The notes under the pieces: generated by a model
Told to the model about the DNA's origin: nothing
The model's database searches: none
The model's input: the letters and a program-made list of their open reading frames with translations, nothing else
Part shown: in pieces, positions 8,684-17,373 of the stretch
Position numbering within the stretch: the first letter of the stretch is position 1
How the letters are laid out: each line of letters opens with the position of its first letter
Made by a program: the position numbers and the translations under genes
DNA from: Candidatus Kuenenia stuttgartensis
Lineage (GTDB): Bacteria; Planctomycetota; Brocadiia; Brocadiales; Brocadiaceae
DNA: 32,000 nucleotides
Direction of reading: 5' to 3'
NCBI RefSeq assembly: GCF_900232105.1
Contig: NZ_LT934425.1
Coordinates: forward strand, 2,400,001 to 2,432,000

Positions 8684-9688
8684 ATGGCACCCCTTGAAAT
8701 AGAAAAATCCGACCTCCAGTCAATTGAAAAGATAGTAAACGGCCGTACAAGGATTAAAAAGGAAATTGCAAAGGTCATTATCGGTCAGGAAGACGTTATT
8801 GACGAACTTCTCGTTGCCCTTTTTTGCAAAGGGCATTGTCTTTTTGTGGGAGTTCCAGGCCTTGCGAAGACATTACTGGTAAGTACGTTAGCAGATGTTT
8901 TGAATTTGAAGTTTAATCGTATACAGTTTACGCCAGACCTCATGCCTGCGGATATCACAGGCACAGATATTTTAGAGACGGATCACGATACGGGAAAAAG
9001 GTTTTTCAAATTTATTAAAGGCCCTATCTTCTCCAATATTTTGCTTGCGGACGAAATTAATCGCACACCTCCAAAGACGCAAGCTGCCCTCCTTCAGGCG
9101 ATGCAGGAAAACAAAGTGACTGCAAGCGGCGCTACCTATAAACTTGATCCCCCTTTCATGGTATTTGCTACCCAGAATCCCATTGAACAGGAAGGCACCT
9201 ATCCTCTGCCTGAAGCACAACTTGACCGGTTTATGTTTCAGATTAATGTAGAGTATCCTTCCAGGGAGGAGGAAATAGAAATTGTGAGAACCACCACATC
9301 TGCTTTTAAACCCTGTGTTTCTAAGGTATTCAGTCCCGAAGAAATAATACATCTTCAGGAATTGGTTACCAGGGTGCCCGTTGCTGATCATGTGCTTGAC
9401 TATGCCGTAAGATTGGTTCGCGCTTCCAGGCCAAACGATTCGGAGGCGCCTGATTTTATTAAAAAATGGATTAGCTGGGGGGCAGGCCCCCGTGCGTCGC
9501 AATATCTTATCCTTGGCGGTAAGGCCAGGGCAATACTGGATGGCAGGTATGCAGCGACATGCAGCGACGTTCGCAAGCTTGCAAAGTCCATATTACAACA
9601 CCGCATTATCACGAATTTTCATGCAGAAGCCGAAGGGAAAACAACCCTTCACATTATCGACCAGTTGGTTGACGCCATAAAAGAATGA
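8684..9688 (+). CDS. MoxR family AAA+ ATPase
   Basis: Walker A GVPGLAKT, Walker B LLADEINRTPPKTQAALLQAMQE, ATQNPIEQEGTYPLPEAQLDRFMF signature. Confidence 0.95.
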   Translation: MAPLEIEKSDLQSIEKIVNGRTRIKKEIAKVIIGQEDVIDELLVALFCKGHCLFVGVPGLAKTLLVSTLADVLNLKFNRIQFTPDLMPADITGTDILETDHDTGKRFFKFIKGPIFSNILLADEINRTPPKTQAALLQAMQENKVTASGATYKLDPPFMVFATQNPIEQEGTYPLPEAQLDRFMFQINVEYPSREEEIEIVRTTTSAFKPCVSKVFSPEEIIHLQELVTRVPVADHVLDYAVRLVRASRPNDSEAPDFIKKWISWGAGPRASQYLILGGKARAILDGRYAATCSDVRKLAKSILQHRIITNFHAEAEGKTTLHIIDQLVDAIKE

Positions 9689-9728
9689 ATGAAACACGGC
9701 GCAATATAGCCTCAACCGCTCTACCAAA

Positions 9729-9752
9729 GTGAGGAATCTTAAGATTCCTCAC
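9729..9752. repeat. Perfect 24-bp palindrome gtgaggaatcttaagattcctcac
   Basis: Read directly; it is its own reverse complement. Confidence 0.85.
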
Positions 9753-9822
9753 ATCGCGCAGTCCACAAACCACAGTCCTCAATCGGCAATTTGCCGGCTG
9801 AAGACTGTGGATTGCCGACTGC
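9753..9822. repeat. Dispersed cagtc/ggcaatc intergenic repeat with internal hairpin
   Basis: ccacagtc (9770-9777) / gactgtgg (9803-9810) enclosing cggcaatttgccg. Related sequence at 2704-2765, 21422-21490 and 26950-26996. Confidence 0.65.
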
Positions 9823-9845
9823 ATACTATAGACTACTTCTAAAAA

Positions 9846-10751
9846 ATGCCTGAAAATCCTTTCGATCCAATAACACTCTCAAAGATTGCGAATATGGAAT
9901 TGCGCGCAAGGCTGGTAGCGGATGCGGTAATGTCCGGCATTCATAAAAGTCCTTACACCGGTTCCAGCATCGAATTCCTTGAGCATAAAGAGTATTCTCC
10001 CGGCAATGAGATAAAACATATTGACTGGAAGGTACAGGCAAAGACTGATAAATATTATGTAAAACAATTCGAGGAAGAAACAAATCTTAAAAGCTACCTC
10101 TTTGTCGATGCCAGCGGTTCTATGGGATATAAGTCAAAAGGGGTAAGCAAACTTGAGTATGCAATTACCCTTGCGGCCTCTCTCTCGTATCTGCTGCTAA
10201 GGCAGTCCGATCTTGTGGGATTGGTTTGTTTCCGCGAAGGCATGAAGCAGTATGTGCCTCCGCGGTCGAGACTTTCCCATTTTTATGCGATAATCAAAAC
10301 ACTTGAAGGATTAGAGGCTGGTGGTGCATCCAATATCGGCGCCGTTCTTAAAGAATTTGCTGAAAAGATCCGCCATCGTTCATTAATTATCATCATATCT
10401 GATTTTTTTGATAATAGGGAAGAAATTATACGGCAATTAAAATATTTCCATTTTAAAAAGAACGAAGTATTATTATTTCACATTCTGGACCCTTATGAAC
10501 TCACTTTCCCGTTTGAAACGATTACTTATTTCGAATCGATGGAAGATGATAGAAAGATACTGGCAGACCCAAAGACGATAAAAGACCGGTATCTGGCAGA
10601 AATAAACCGCTTTATTGATCAATTCAAAAAAACATGCCTGGAAAATCAGATAGATTACTGGCTGATAGATTCTTCCACACCTCTTGACCAAACGTTAATT
10701 CAGTTTTTGGCGCGAAGGGAAAATGTCCTCCGTTCAATCATCAAGATATGA
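9846..10751 (+). CDS. DUF58 domain-containing protein (vWA-like fold)
   Basis: RRLV-like N-terminus LRARLVADAVMSGIHKSPYTGSSIEFLEHKEYSPGNEIKHIDWKVQAKTDKYYVKQFEEETNLKSYLFVDASGSMGY, typical of DUF58. Directly downstream of MoxR. Confidence 0.93.
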   Translation: MPENPFDPITLSKIANMELRARLVADAVMSGIHKSPYTGSSIEFLEHKEYSPGNEIKHIDWKVQAKTDKYYVKQFEEETNLKSYLFVDASGSMGYKSKGVSKLEYAITLAASLSYLLLRQSDLVGLVCFREGMKQYVPPRSRLSHFYAIIKTLEGLEAGGASNIGAVLKEFAEKIRHRSLIIIISDFFDNREEIIRQLKYFHFKKNEVLLFHILDPYELTFPFETITYFESMEDDRKILADPKTIKDRYLAEINRFIDQFKKTCLENQIDYWLIDSSTPLDQTLIQFLARRENVLRSIIKI

Positions 10752-10829
10752 CGCACCACGGTATCAGTAATTTCTTTGCATTATTTGGTAAAATATTTAA
10801 TGGTGAAATCTGATAATTGTAAAATCTGA

Positions 10830-11080
10830 AACACGAAATGCGAAACAAATTCGAATAACAAAGCATAAAATTCAAAACAAATCCAAAACATCCCTGTCTG
10901 CGTGCGGTCACGCACAGGCAGGCAACAATATGAAGCATGAAATGTACGATACGAAAGGTGTACTTGTTTAGAATTTACATCATTTTGTCATTAGAATTTG
11001 TTTCGTATCTCGGACTTCGAATTTCGTATTTTTCATTTCATGTTTGTTTGGTTTCTGGCTATGCCAGCTTAGGTATCTGT
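10830..11080. repeat. Noncoding repeat-rich spacer with inverted cgaaa/ttcgtat blocks and a hairpin
   Basis: tgcgtgcggtcacgca hairpin at about 10907-10922. Related cgaaacaaattcgaa/gaatttgtttcg blocks on either side. Ends in tttgtttggtttctggctatgccag, shared with 2671-2690 and 26994-27008. Confidence 0.5.
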
Positions 11081-11110
11081 TTATTATCACTTTTTTGGGG
11101 GATATAATGC

Positions 11111-12736
11111 ATGGCACATCATTTTAAGAATGCGGAAGAATGTTGGAGGTCTATCCTGTCAGATGTAAAAGGAAATGCCAATTTACTGAGTGAAATCAAG
11201 AGGTTTGCGGAAGAAAACACCGCTCCGGCAAAGATCGTTTTTGGGACATCCGGCTGGAGAGGAGAAATGGGCACAGACTACACCTTTCATACGGTGCGCA
11301 TAGTAACCACCGCAATAATTGAAATGTTTAAAAACGCAAGCGCTGAATTACTGAGCGCTTTAGGGGCGGAGAATTTCGGGGATATAAAAAAACGCGGCAT
11401 AATTGTGGGACACGATAACAGGTTCCTTGGGCCTGAATTTGCAAATGCTGTTATGGGTTTATTGTCTAAGGAAGGCATCAAGGTGTATTACACAGGTGAA
11501 GCGACCACACCTGAATTATCAGCCTCTATTGAAATGGTAAATGCCGCCGGCTCGATAAATTTAACCCCTTCGCACAACCCTTCCAATTATGCCGGATTTA
11601 AGTTTAATCCGGCCGATGGCGGCCCTGCCGGCACTGAGATCACAAGTGTCATTGAAAGGAATGCAAACCAATTAATGGCAAACAACAAAACCATACCGGC
11701 AATTTTGCCCGGAGATGTAGAGAAGATAGATACCATAAAACTTTATAAAGATTTTCTTCTGCGCCGGGGTACATTGGATATTGAGAAAATCAGGCGATTT
11801 ATTCAAAACGAAGATTGTTTTATTTGCATAGATCATGTTCACGGCGCATCAAGAAAAAGACCTGCTTCAATTCTCGGAGAAAGCAATAAAATATCTTATC
11901 TGAGAACTGAAGACGACTATTTGTTTGGCGGCATTTCTCCGGAGCCTTCTGCCAGAAACATACAACCGGCAATGGATATGCTGAAGGGAAGAGGAAACAG
12001 ATTTAAGCTGGGCGTGGTTATTGACCCGGATGGAGACAGAATACGATTTACTGACGGAAACAGAGATATCACCATAAACCATTTTGGCGCGACGGCGCTC
12101 CACTTTTTACATACGTATAAAAATATTTTCGGCGTATTGGTAAAGTCGGTAGCAACCAGTAATTTTGGAAATGCCATTGCTCAAAAACTGAGTATTCCGG
12201 TAAAAGAAACGGCCGTAGGGTTTAAGAATTTTAGGCCCTATATGTTACAAAAAGCCAGTGAAAGGGCAATTGTCGCCTACGAAGAGAGCGACGGAATAAC
12301 CGGATACAACAATACCCTTGAAAAAGACGCCTTGTTTGGCCTTTTGATCGCCATTGAAATGATGGCTGTTACAGGAAAAAACATCAGTGAATATCTTTGC
12401 ATGCTGGAAGAAGAATTCGGCGCATACTATCCTGAAAGGGCAGGAATTGAGGTCGCGCGTTCTCTGGCAGGGGAACCGCTCGCAAAAAAACTTTCTAAAC
12501 TACTGGAAAGATTTAAAACAGGTGAAGAATTTTTGATAGGTGAAAAGAAGAAAAAAATAGCTTCTGTTATCACCACAGACGGCATTAAAATAGTACTGGA
12601 CGATAATTCCTGGTTTTTGATTCGGCCGTCCGGCACGGAACCAAAAGTAAGATTTTATACAGAAACAAGATCTCAGTGTGAAGCGGCGGCAATGATTGAC
12701 GCCGTAAAATCCATTACAAAAGAGGCGCTTGAATAG
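11111..12736 (+). CDS. Phosphoglucomutase/phosphomannomutase family protein
   Basis: FGTSGWRGEMGTDY, LTPSHNPSNYAGFKFNPADGGPAG, DPDGDRIRFTD and C-terminal RPSGTEPKVRFYTE motifs of alpha-D-phosphohexomutases. Confidence 0.92.
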   Translation: MAHHFKNAEECWRSILSDVKGNANLLSEIKRFAEENTAPAKIVFGTSGWRGEMGTDYTFHTVRIVTTAIIEMFKNASAELLSALGAENFGDIKKRGIIVGHDNRFLGPEFANAVMGLLSKEGIKVYYTGEATTPELSASIEMVNAAGSINLTPSHNPSNYAGFKFNPADGGPAGTEITSVIERNANQLMANNKTIPAILPGDVEKIDTIKLYKDFLLRRGTLDIEKIRRFIQNEDCFICIDHVHGASRKRPASILGESNKISYLRTEDDYLFGGISPEPSARNIQPAMDMLKGRGNRFKLGVVIDPDGDRIRFTDGNRDITINHFGATALHFLHTYKNIFGVLVKSVATSNFGNAIAQKLSIPVKETAVGFKNFRPYMLQKASERAIVAYEESDGITGYNNTLEKDALFGLLIAIEMMAVTGKNISEYLCMLEEEFGAYYPERAGIEVARSLAGEPLAKKLSKLLERFKTGEEFLIGEKKKKIASVITTDGIKIVLDDNSWFLIRPSGTEPKVRFYTETRSQCEAAAMIDAVKSITKEALE

Positions 12737-12768
12737 GATGCAATATCATTTTGAACAGGGGAGCAGAT

Positions 12769-13500
12769 ATGTCGATTAAGGAAAATCTGGAGAATGTAAA
12801 ACAAAACATCGCCAATGCAGCAATTAAAACAGGGAAGAAGCCGGAAGATATCACCCTGGTTATGGCAACAAAAACGGTGGATGTTGACCGGATACGTGAA
12901 GCAATCAAGGCCGGCGGAAATATCATCGGCGAAAACAAAATACAGGAGGCGCTCAAAAAATACCAGGAACTGAAAGATGAAAAGGTGGAATGGCATTTTA
13001 TTGGGCATTTGCAGACAAATAAAGTAAAAGACGCCCTGAAATTTGCACATATGATACATTCCGTAGACAGACTTCCACTGGCAGAAAAACTCGATCACCG
13101 GCTTATGCAGGAAGTGAGGTCGCTTGATATCCTTGTGCAGGTCAATACTTCTCATGAAGAGAGCAAGTATGGCATCGAACCAGAAAAGGCAATATCCCTG
13201 ATAAAACAAATCGCAAAATATGACACGTTAAATATTCGTGGACTTATGACTATCGGGTTATTTACAAAGGACGAGGTAAAGATCCGGAAGTGCTTCAAAG
13301 TGTTGAAAGCACTTTGTGATACTATTGTAACGGAAGGGATCGATAGGGTGCAAATGGACTACCTATCCATGGGGATGACAAATGATTACCAGATAGCTAT
13401 TGAGGAAGGCGCAAACATGGTAAGAATTGGCACGGCAATTTTCGGGGCAAGAAATACTCCCGATGCATATTACTGGCCATCAGAAAAAAAAGACCAGTGA
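12769..13500 (+). CDS. yggS: YggS/PROSC family pyridoxal phosphate homeostasis protein
   Basis: VMATKTVDVDRIREAIKAGGNIIGENKIQEALKKY, WHFIGHLQTNKVK, LSMGMTNDYQIAIEEGANMVRIGTAIFG. ATG at 12769 follows a purine-rich RBS; the track start at 12751 is TTG. Confidence 0.93.
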   Translation: MSIKENLENVKQNIANAAIKTGKKPEDITLVMATKTVDVDRIREAIKAGGNIIGENKIQEALKKYQELKDEKVEWHFIGHLQTNKVKDALKFAHMIHSVDRLPLAEKLDHRLMQEVRSLDILVQVNTSHEESKYGIEPEKAISLIKQIAKYDTLNIRGLMTIGLFTKDEVKIRKCFKVLKALCDTIVTEGIDRVQMDYLSMGMTNDYQIAIEEGANMVRIGTAIFGARNTPDAYYWPSEKKDQ

Positions 13501-13639
13501 GATTGTGCAACATAAGAACTATTGAAAAAGTATACTCCATATTATTGCTGGATTCGTCGCGAAAGGGCCGCTCCTTAATCCACCCAGTACTGGTTCAGGA
13601 TAGAAATGTATTGTTAACAATGGAAATAAAGGTGATGCT

Positions 13640-13744
13640 GTGAAATCAAAAGTAGTTGTTTATAAGACAGAAGAAGGTGGTTACCGGGCAGAAGTTCCGG
13701 CTATCCCTGGTTGTCTTACACAGGGTGATACATTGGAAGAATAA
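13640..13744 (+). pseudogene. Truncated HicB-family antitoxin-like ORF (34 aa)
   Basis: GTG start gives [34 protein letters not shown], matching the N-terminal strand-strand-PGCxxxGxTxEE part of HicB-like proteins; the rest is missing. Confidence 0.55.
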
Positions 13745-13791
13745 TTGCAAAATATCTATGTTTTGCAAAAATAAGAAATGGTTTTGATGTT

Positions 13792-14193
13792 TTGACACAA
13801 CACATTAAAAGACCACACACAGAACAGGATAAAGAAATTTATAGAATTGCTGTAGAAAAATGGAAAAGCAAGATGGGGAGGCTCGATTACAACGATCTCC
13901 CGGAAAGGCTTAAAACCCATAAAAACAGAAACGCTTTCTTAGACAGATTTAAGGTCGTAGCTGATAATGTGAATTATTCACAGACAGTGGTAGCGCATAT
14001 TGCAAAAGACGGACATTATTACATTCATCCTGATATAGAACAAAATCGTTCAATCTCGGTTCGGGAAGCTGCCAGACTGCAATCATTTCCTGACGATTAT
14101 TATTTCGAGGGAGTAAAGGAGGGGAGAAACAGAACTGCTGCTTTTAAACAAATTGGGAATGCCTTGCCGCCACTGATGGGTAAGGCGGCATAA
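13792..14193 (+). pseudogene. C-terminal fragment of a DNA (cytosine-5) methyltransferase
   Basis: [19 protein letters not shown]...[21 protein letters not shown] corresponds to C-terminal C5-MTase motifs IX/X. The catalytic PCQ and ENV motifs are absent upstream. Confidence 0.8.
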
Positions 14194-14215
14194 ACATCAA
14201 ACAATAATTTTAAAA

Positions 14216-14587
14216 ATGGACTTACAATATATTAAAAATACAATTGTGGAATTGAAAGAAAGAGATAAAATCTACTCTCATGAATTGGAATTAAATACTT
14301 TGGAAGAAGCAAACAAAATTGTTAAAGTTGGCGCTTTAACTGTTGGAACTGATTCAAAAGGAAAAATTATTGCCCAAAATGTTTTATATCCTACTCAGTT
14401 TTCACAAAAGGCAGTTGAAAATATTTTGACAATGAATTGGAGAAACGGAAATGGAGAACGAGTTGAACCTCTTGTGTATGGAAGAAATGACTGGTATCGG
14501 GAAAGGTTGAAAACGATAAATGGTATTTTGAAACTTATGGATGAAAGTAAGACTGAAAACTATGATTCGGTAGAAACCAAAGAATAG
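14216..14587 (+). CDS. Hypothetical protein, 123 aa, no recognised family
   Basis: Open ORF between the MTase fragment and the helicase; stop 4 nt before the helicase start. Confidence 0.65.
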   Translation: MDLQYIKNTIVELKERDKIYSHELELNTLEEANKIVKVGALTVGTDSKGKIIAQNVLYPTQFSQKAVENILTMNWRNGNGERVEPLVYGRNDWYRERLKTINGILKLMDESKTENYDSVETKE

Positions 14588-14591
14588 CTAT

Positions 14592-16568
14592 ATGCTTAAT
14601 TTCTATTACAAGGATTCTATCGAAACTTTTCAAAATAAAAGCATAGAAGAGATAATTGGTTTGATTGCTTTATCTAATCAATTTGATTCTACTATTAATC
14701 AAAACAAGTCGTGGGAACAACAAATACCTATTCTGAAGAAAGCTTTAGATGGATATTACGGGACAATTTTTTTTGAGTTCTCAATCCCAAGAATGGGAAA
14801 GCGTGTAGACTGTTTAGTTATTATTGATAATATTGTTTTCGTTATTGAATTTAAAGTTGGGGAGAAAGAATTTTTAAGTTACAACATTGACCAAGTTTGG
14901 GATTATGCTCTTGATTTGAAAAACTTCCACAAGCCAAGCCATTCCGCGGTTTTAGCACCGATTTTAGTAGCAACAGAAGCAAAATATTTATTAAACGAGA
15001 TTTCTTTAACCCCGCACAATGATGATTTGATTTTTCCTATAAAGTCGAATAAGGATAACTTACATGATGCAATTAAGAATACATTATTGTTTTTTCGTGG
15101 TAAAACAATAATAAATGGAGATGAGTATGCGAAAGGAAGTTATTCTCCTACCCCAACGATTATAGAAGCAGCCGTTTCACTTTACAACAATCATTCAGTT
15201 GAAGAAATTACCAGAAATGACGCAGAAGCTATAAATCTGAGTAAAACAAGTTCGGCTATATCTGAAATAATTGACTATGCTAAATCCGAAAACAAGAAAG
15301 TAATTTGTTTTGTAACGGGCGTCCCTGGCGCTGGAAAAACTTTAGTAGGATTAAAAGTGGCAACCTTACATTTAGATAATGAAAAAAACAATACAAGTGT
15401 TTATTTATCTGGTAATGCTCCTTTAGTAGCAATTCTTCAAGAAGCTTTGATAAGAGACAAAGTTAATCGGGAAAGAGAACTTGGAAATAGAATAACTAAA
15501 TCAGAGGCGAAAAAAGGAGTAAAAACATTCATACAAATAATTCATCATTACAGAGATGCTTATCTTGTAGACCCAAATCCACCTTATGATCATGTTGCGA
15601 TTTTTGATGAAGCACAAAGGGCATGGAATAAAGATCAGACCGTTAAATTCATGAGGCAAAAAAAGAATCAGAGTAATTTTAATTATTCAGAGCCAGAGTT
15701 TCTCATTTCTTGCCTTGATAGACATAAAGATTGGGCTGTTATCGTTTGTTTAGTTGGAGGTGGGCAGGAAATAAATACTGGAGAGGCAGGAATATCAGAA
15801 TGGTTAAATGCCATTTACAGTAAATTTACTGACTGGGAAGTTTGTATTTCACCAAACCTAACTGATAGTGAATATGCGGCAATCGAATCTATTAGTAAAC
15901 TTCAAGAAAGAGGGGTTACAAAATATAATAAAGATTTACATCTCTCTGTTTCAATGCGGTCTTTCAGGGCAGATAAAGTTTCTTTTTTTGTAAAATCACT
16001 TTTGGACTTAAACGTAGATGAAGTAAAAGAAACGCTATCATCTATCTCAGAAAATTATCCAATTATGTTAACAAGAGATTTAGCAAAAGCAAAGAAATGG
16101 TTGAAACAAAAATCAAGAGGAACCGAACGATACGGAATAGTAGTATCCTCCCAAGCCCAAAGATTAAAGCCCCTTGCAATTGATGTTAAATCCCCAATGA
16201 ATCCTGTAAACTGGTTTTTAGAGGGTAAAGATGATGTTCGTTCTTCCTATTATTTGGAAGATGTTGCAACGGAATTTCATGTTCAGGGCTTGGAGTTGGA
16301 TTGGGCTTGTGTTACTTGGGACGGTGATTTAAGATATTCTGAAAGCGGATGGGGAACTTTTTCTTTTGTTGGTAATAAATGGCAAAACATTCACAAGGAA
16401 GAAAGAAAAAGATATTTGATTAATGCTTACAGAGTATTGTTAACCAGAGCTCGACAAGGAATGGTAATCGTTCTCCCGGAAGGAAATGTTGAAGACCATA
16501 CCAGAAAGCCAGAATACTACGACAAAACTTTCAACTATCTAAAAAGTATCGGTATCAAAACTCTTTAG
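14592..16568 (+). CDS. SLFN-g3/DUF2075-type DNA/RNA helicase with putative N-terminal PD-(D/E)XK-like nuclease domain
   Basis: Walker A GVPGAGKTLVGLKVA, Walker B VAIFDEAQRAW, C-terminal YRVLLTRARQGMVIVLP (SF1 motif VI-like). N-terminal RVDCLVIIDNIVFVIEFKVGE fits a D...EXK nuclease core. Confidence 0.82.
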   Translation: MLNFYYKDSIETFQNKSIEEIIGLIALSNQFDSTINQNKSWEQQIPILKKALDGYYGTIFFEFSIPRMGKRVDCLVIIDNIVFVIEFKVGEKEFLSYNIDQVWDYALDLKNFHKPSHSAVLAPILVATEAKYLLNEISLTPHNDDLIFPIKSNKDNLHDAIKNTLLFFRGKTIINGDEYAKGSYSPTPTIIEAAVSLYNNHSVEEITRNDAEAINLSKTSSAISEIIDYAKSENKKVICFVTGVPGAGKTLVGLKVATLHLDNEKNNTSVYLSGNAPLVAILQEALIRDKVNRERELGNRITKSEAKKGVKTFIQIIHHYRDAYLVDPNPPYDHVAIFDEAQRAWNKDQTVKFMRQKKNQSNFNYSEPEFLISCLDRHKDWAVIVCLVGGGQEINTGEAGISEWLNAIYSKFTDWEVCISPNLTDSEYAAIESISKLQERGVTKYNKDLHLSVSMRSFRADKVSFFVKSLLDLNVDEVKETLSSISENYPIMLTRDLAKAKKWLKQKSRGTERYGIVVSSQAQRLKPLAIDVKSPMNPVNWFLEGKDDVRSSYYLEDVATEFHVQGLELDWACVTWDGDLRYSESGWGTFSFVGNKWQNIHKEERKRYLINAYRVLLTRARQGMVIVLPEGNVEDHTRKPEYYDKTFNYLKSIGIKTL

Positions 16569-16585
16569 CAGTAATTTCTATTTTC

Positions 16586-16921
16586 TTGAATGAAGCGGAC
16601 AAGGCTATACTTAGAAAGTTTCTTCACGCCAATTCTGACTTTCTAAACATTCTTAATTCTTGGGTTGGCCCAGAAAAACAAATCAGGGATTTGCAGTCAG
16701 GAACATGGAGCGTTGAGATAAAAACAACTCATCAAAACAATCATCAGAAAGTTCACATAAGCAGCGAAAGACAACTTGACACACGTGATATGGGAAATCA
16801 TTTTCTCTATCATCTTTCATTGGAAGCAAGACAACAATCGGGCGAAATATTAAATCAAATTGTTGATTCTGTTTCAGAATATTTAAGTTCTGACATCTTT
16901 ACGAACACACCGGATATTTAA
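16586..16921 (+). pseudogene. Probable fragment of a DUF4420-like PD-(D/E)XK motif protein
   Basis: Starts at a TTG. GTWSVEIKTTHQNNHQKVHISSERQLDTRDMGNHFLYHLSLEARQQSG resembles the EVKtt...v..S..QL core of DUF4420 proteins; N-terminal part is missing. Confidence 0.45.
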
Positions 16922-16989
16922 TTCGGCAGGATGTATTCTGCAAAGTAGAAAATGACTTTCCGGGAATTGAGGAGAGAGATATTTGCAGT

Positions 16990-17057
16990 AAAATAGGGAC
17001 AGCGACCATTTCTGGAGATTTGGAAAAGTAAGCAGATAACATTTCTGTCCCTATTTT
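16990..17057. repeat. REP-like inverted repeat (aaaatagggacag ... ctgtccctatttt)
   Basis: 13-bp perfect arms at 16990-17002 and 17045-17057. Confidence 0.8.
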
Positions 17058-17059
17058 GC

Positions 17060-17359
17060 CAGGAAGACCGCAGGCCGGAAGACTTGTTGTTTCAGGTATT
17101 TATCGATCGGGACATTGAACAGACCCTGCCGGCGGTGAAAGAAACGATTGAGGGTAAAACCGTGTTTTTTGTGGACGATAATGTGCTGACGACCTGTTTT
17201 GATAACGGCATTACCGAAGAGCTGGTGAAACGCCTGGCAAAACGCAAACCCCTGCGTGCGGTATTCCGCGATAGCTCATACGGCAGCGACAGTGTAAAGA
17301 TCAATCTGGAGCGGATATTTAAGATCCTATCTCCATGTACTGATGTCCGATCGATTTAG
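17060..17359 (+). pseudogene. C-terminal fragment of a type III restriction-modification Mod (adenine-specific) methyltransferase
   Basis: EDRRPEDLLFQVFIDRDIEQTLPAVKETIEGKTVFFVDDNVLTTCFDNGITEELVKRLAKRKPLRAVFRDSSYGSDSVKINLERIFKILSP matches my recollection of Mod C-termini (LLFQ...GKTVFFV.DN.L..CFD.G...FRDS.F..D..KIN). Confidence 0.75.
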
Positions 17360-17373
17360 GGAAAGAACCACAG

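Noticed and set aside
8972-9502. 176-aa reverse-strand ORF
   Set aside because: Antisense to the MoxR ATPase; no domain signature.
12673-13209. 178-aa reverse-strand ORF
   Set aside because: Antisense to the YggS-family gene; Phe/Cys-rich composition typical of shadow ORFs.
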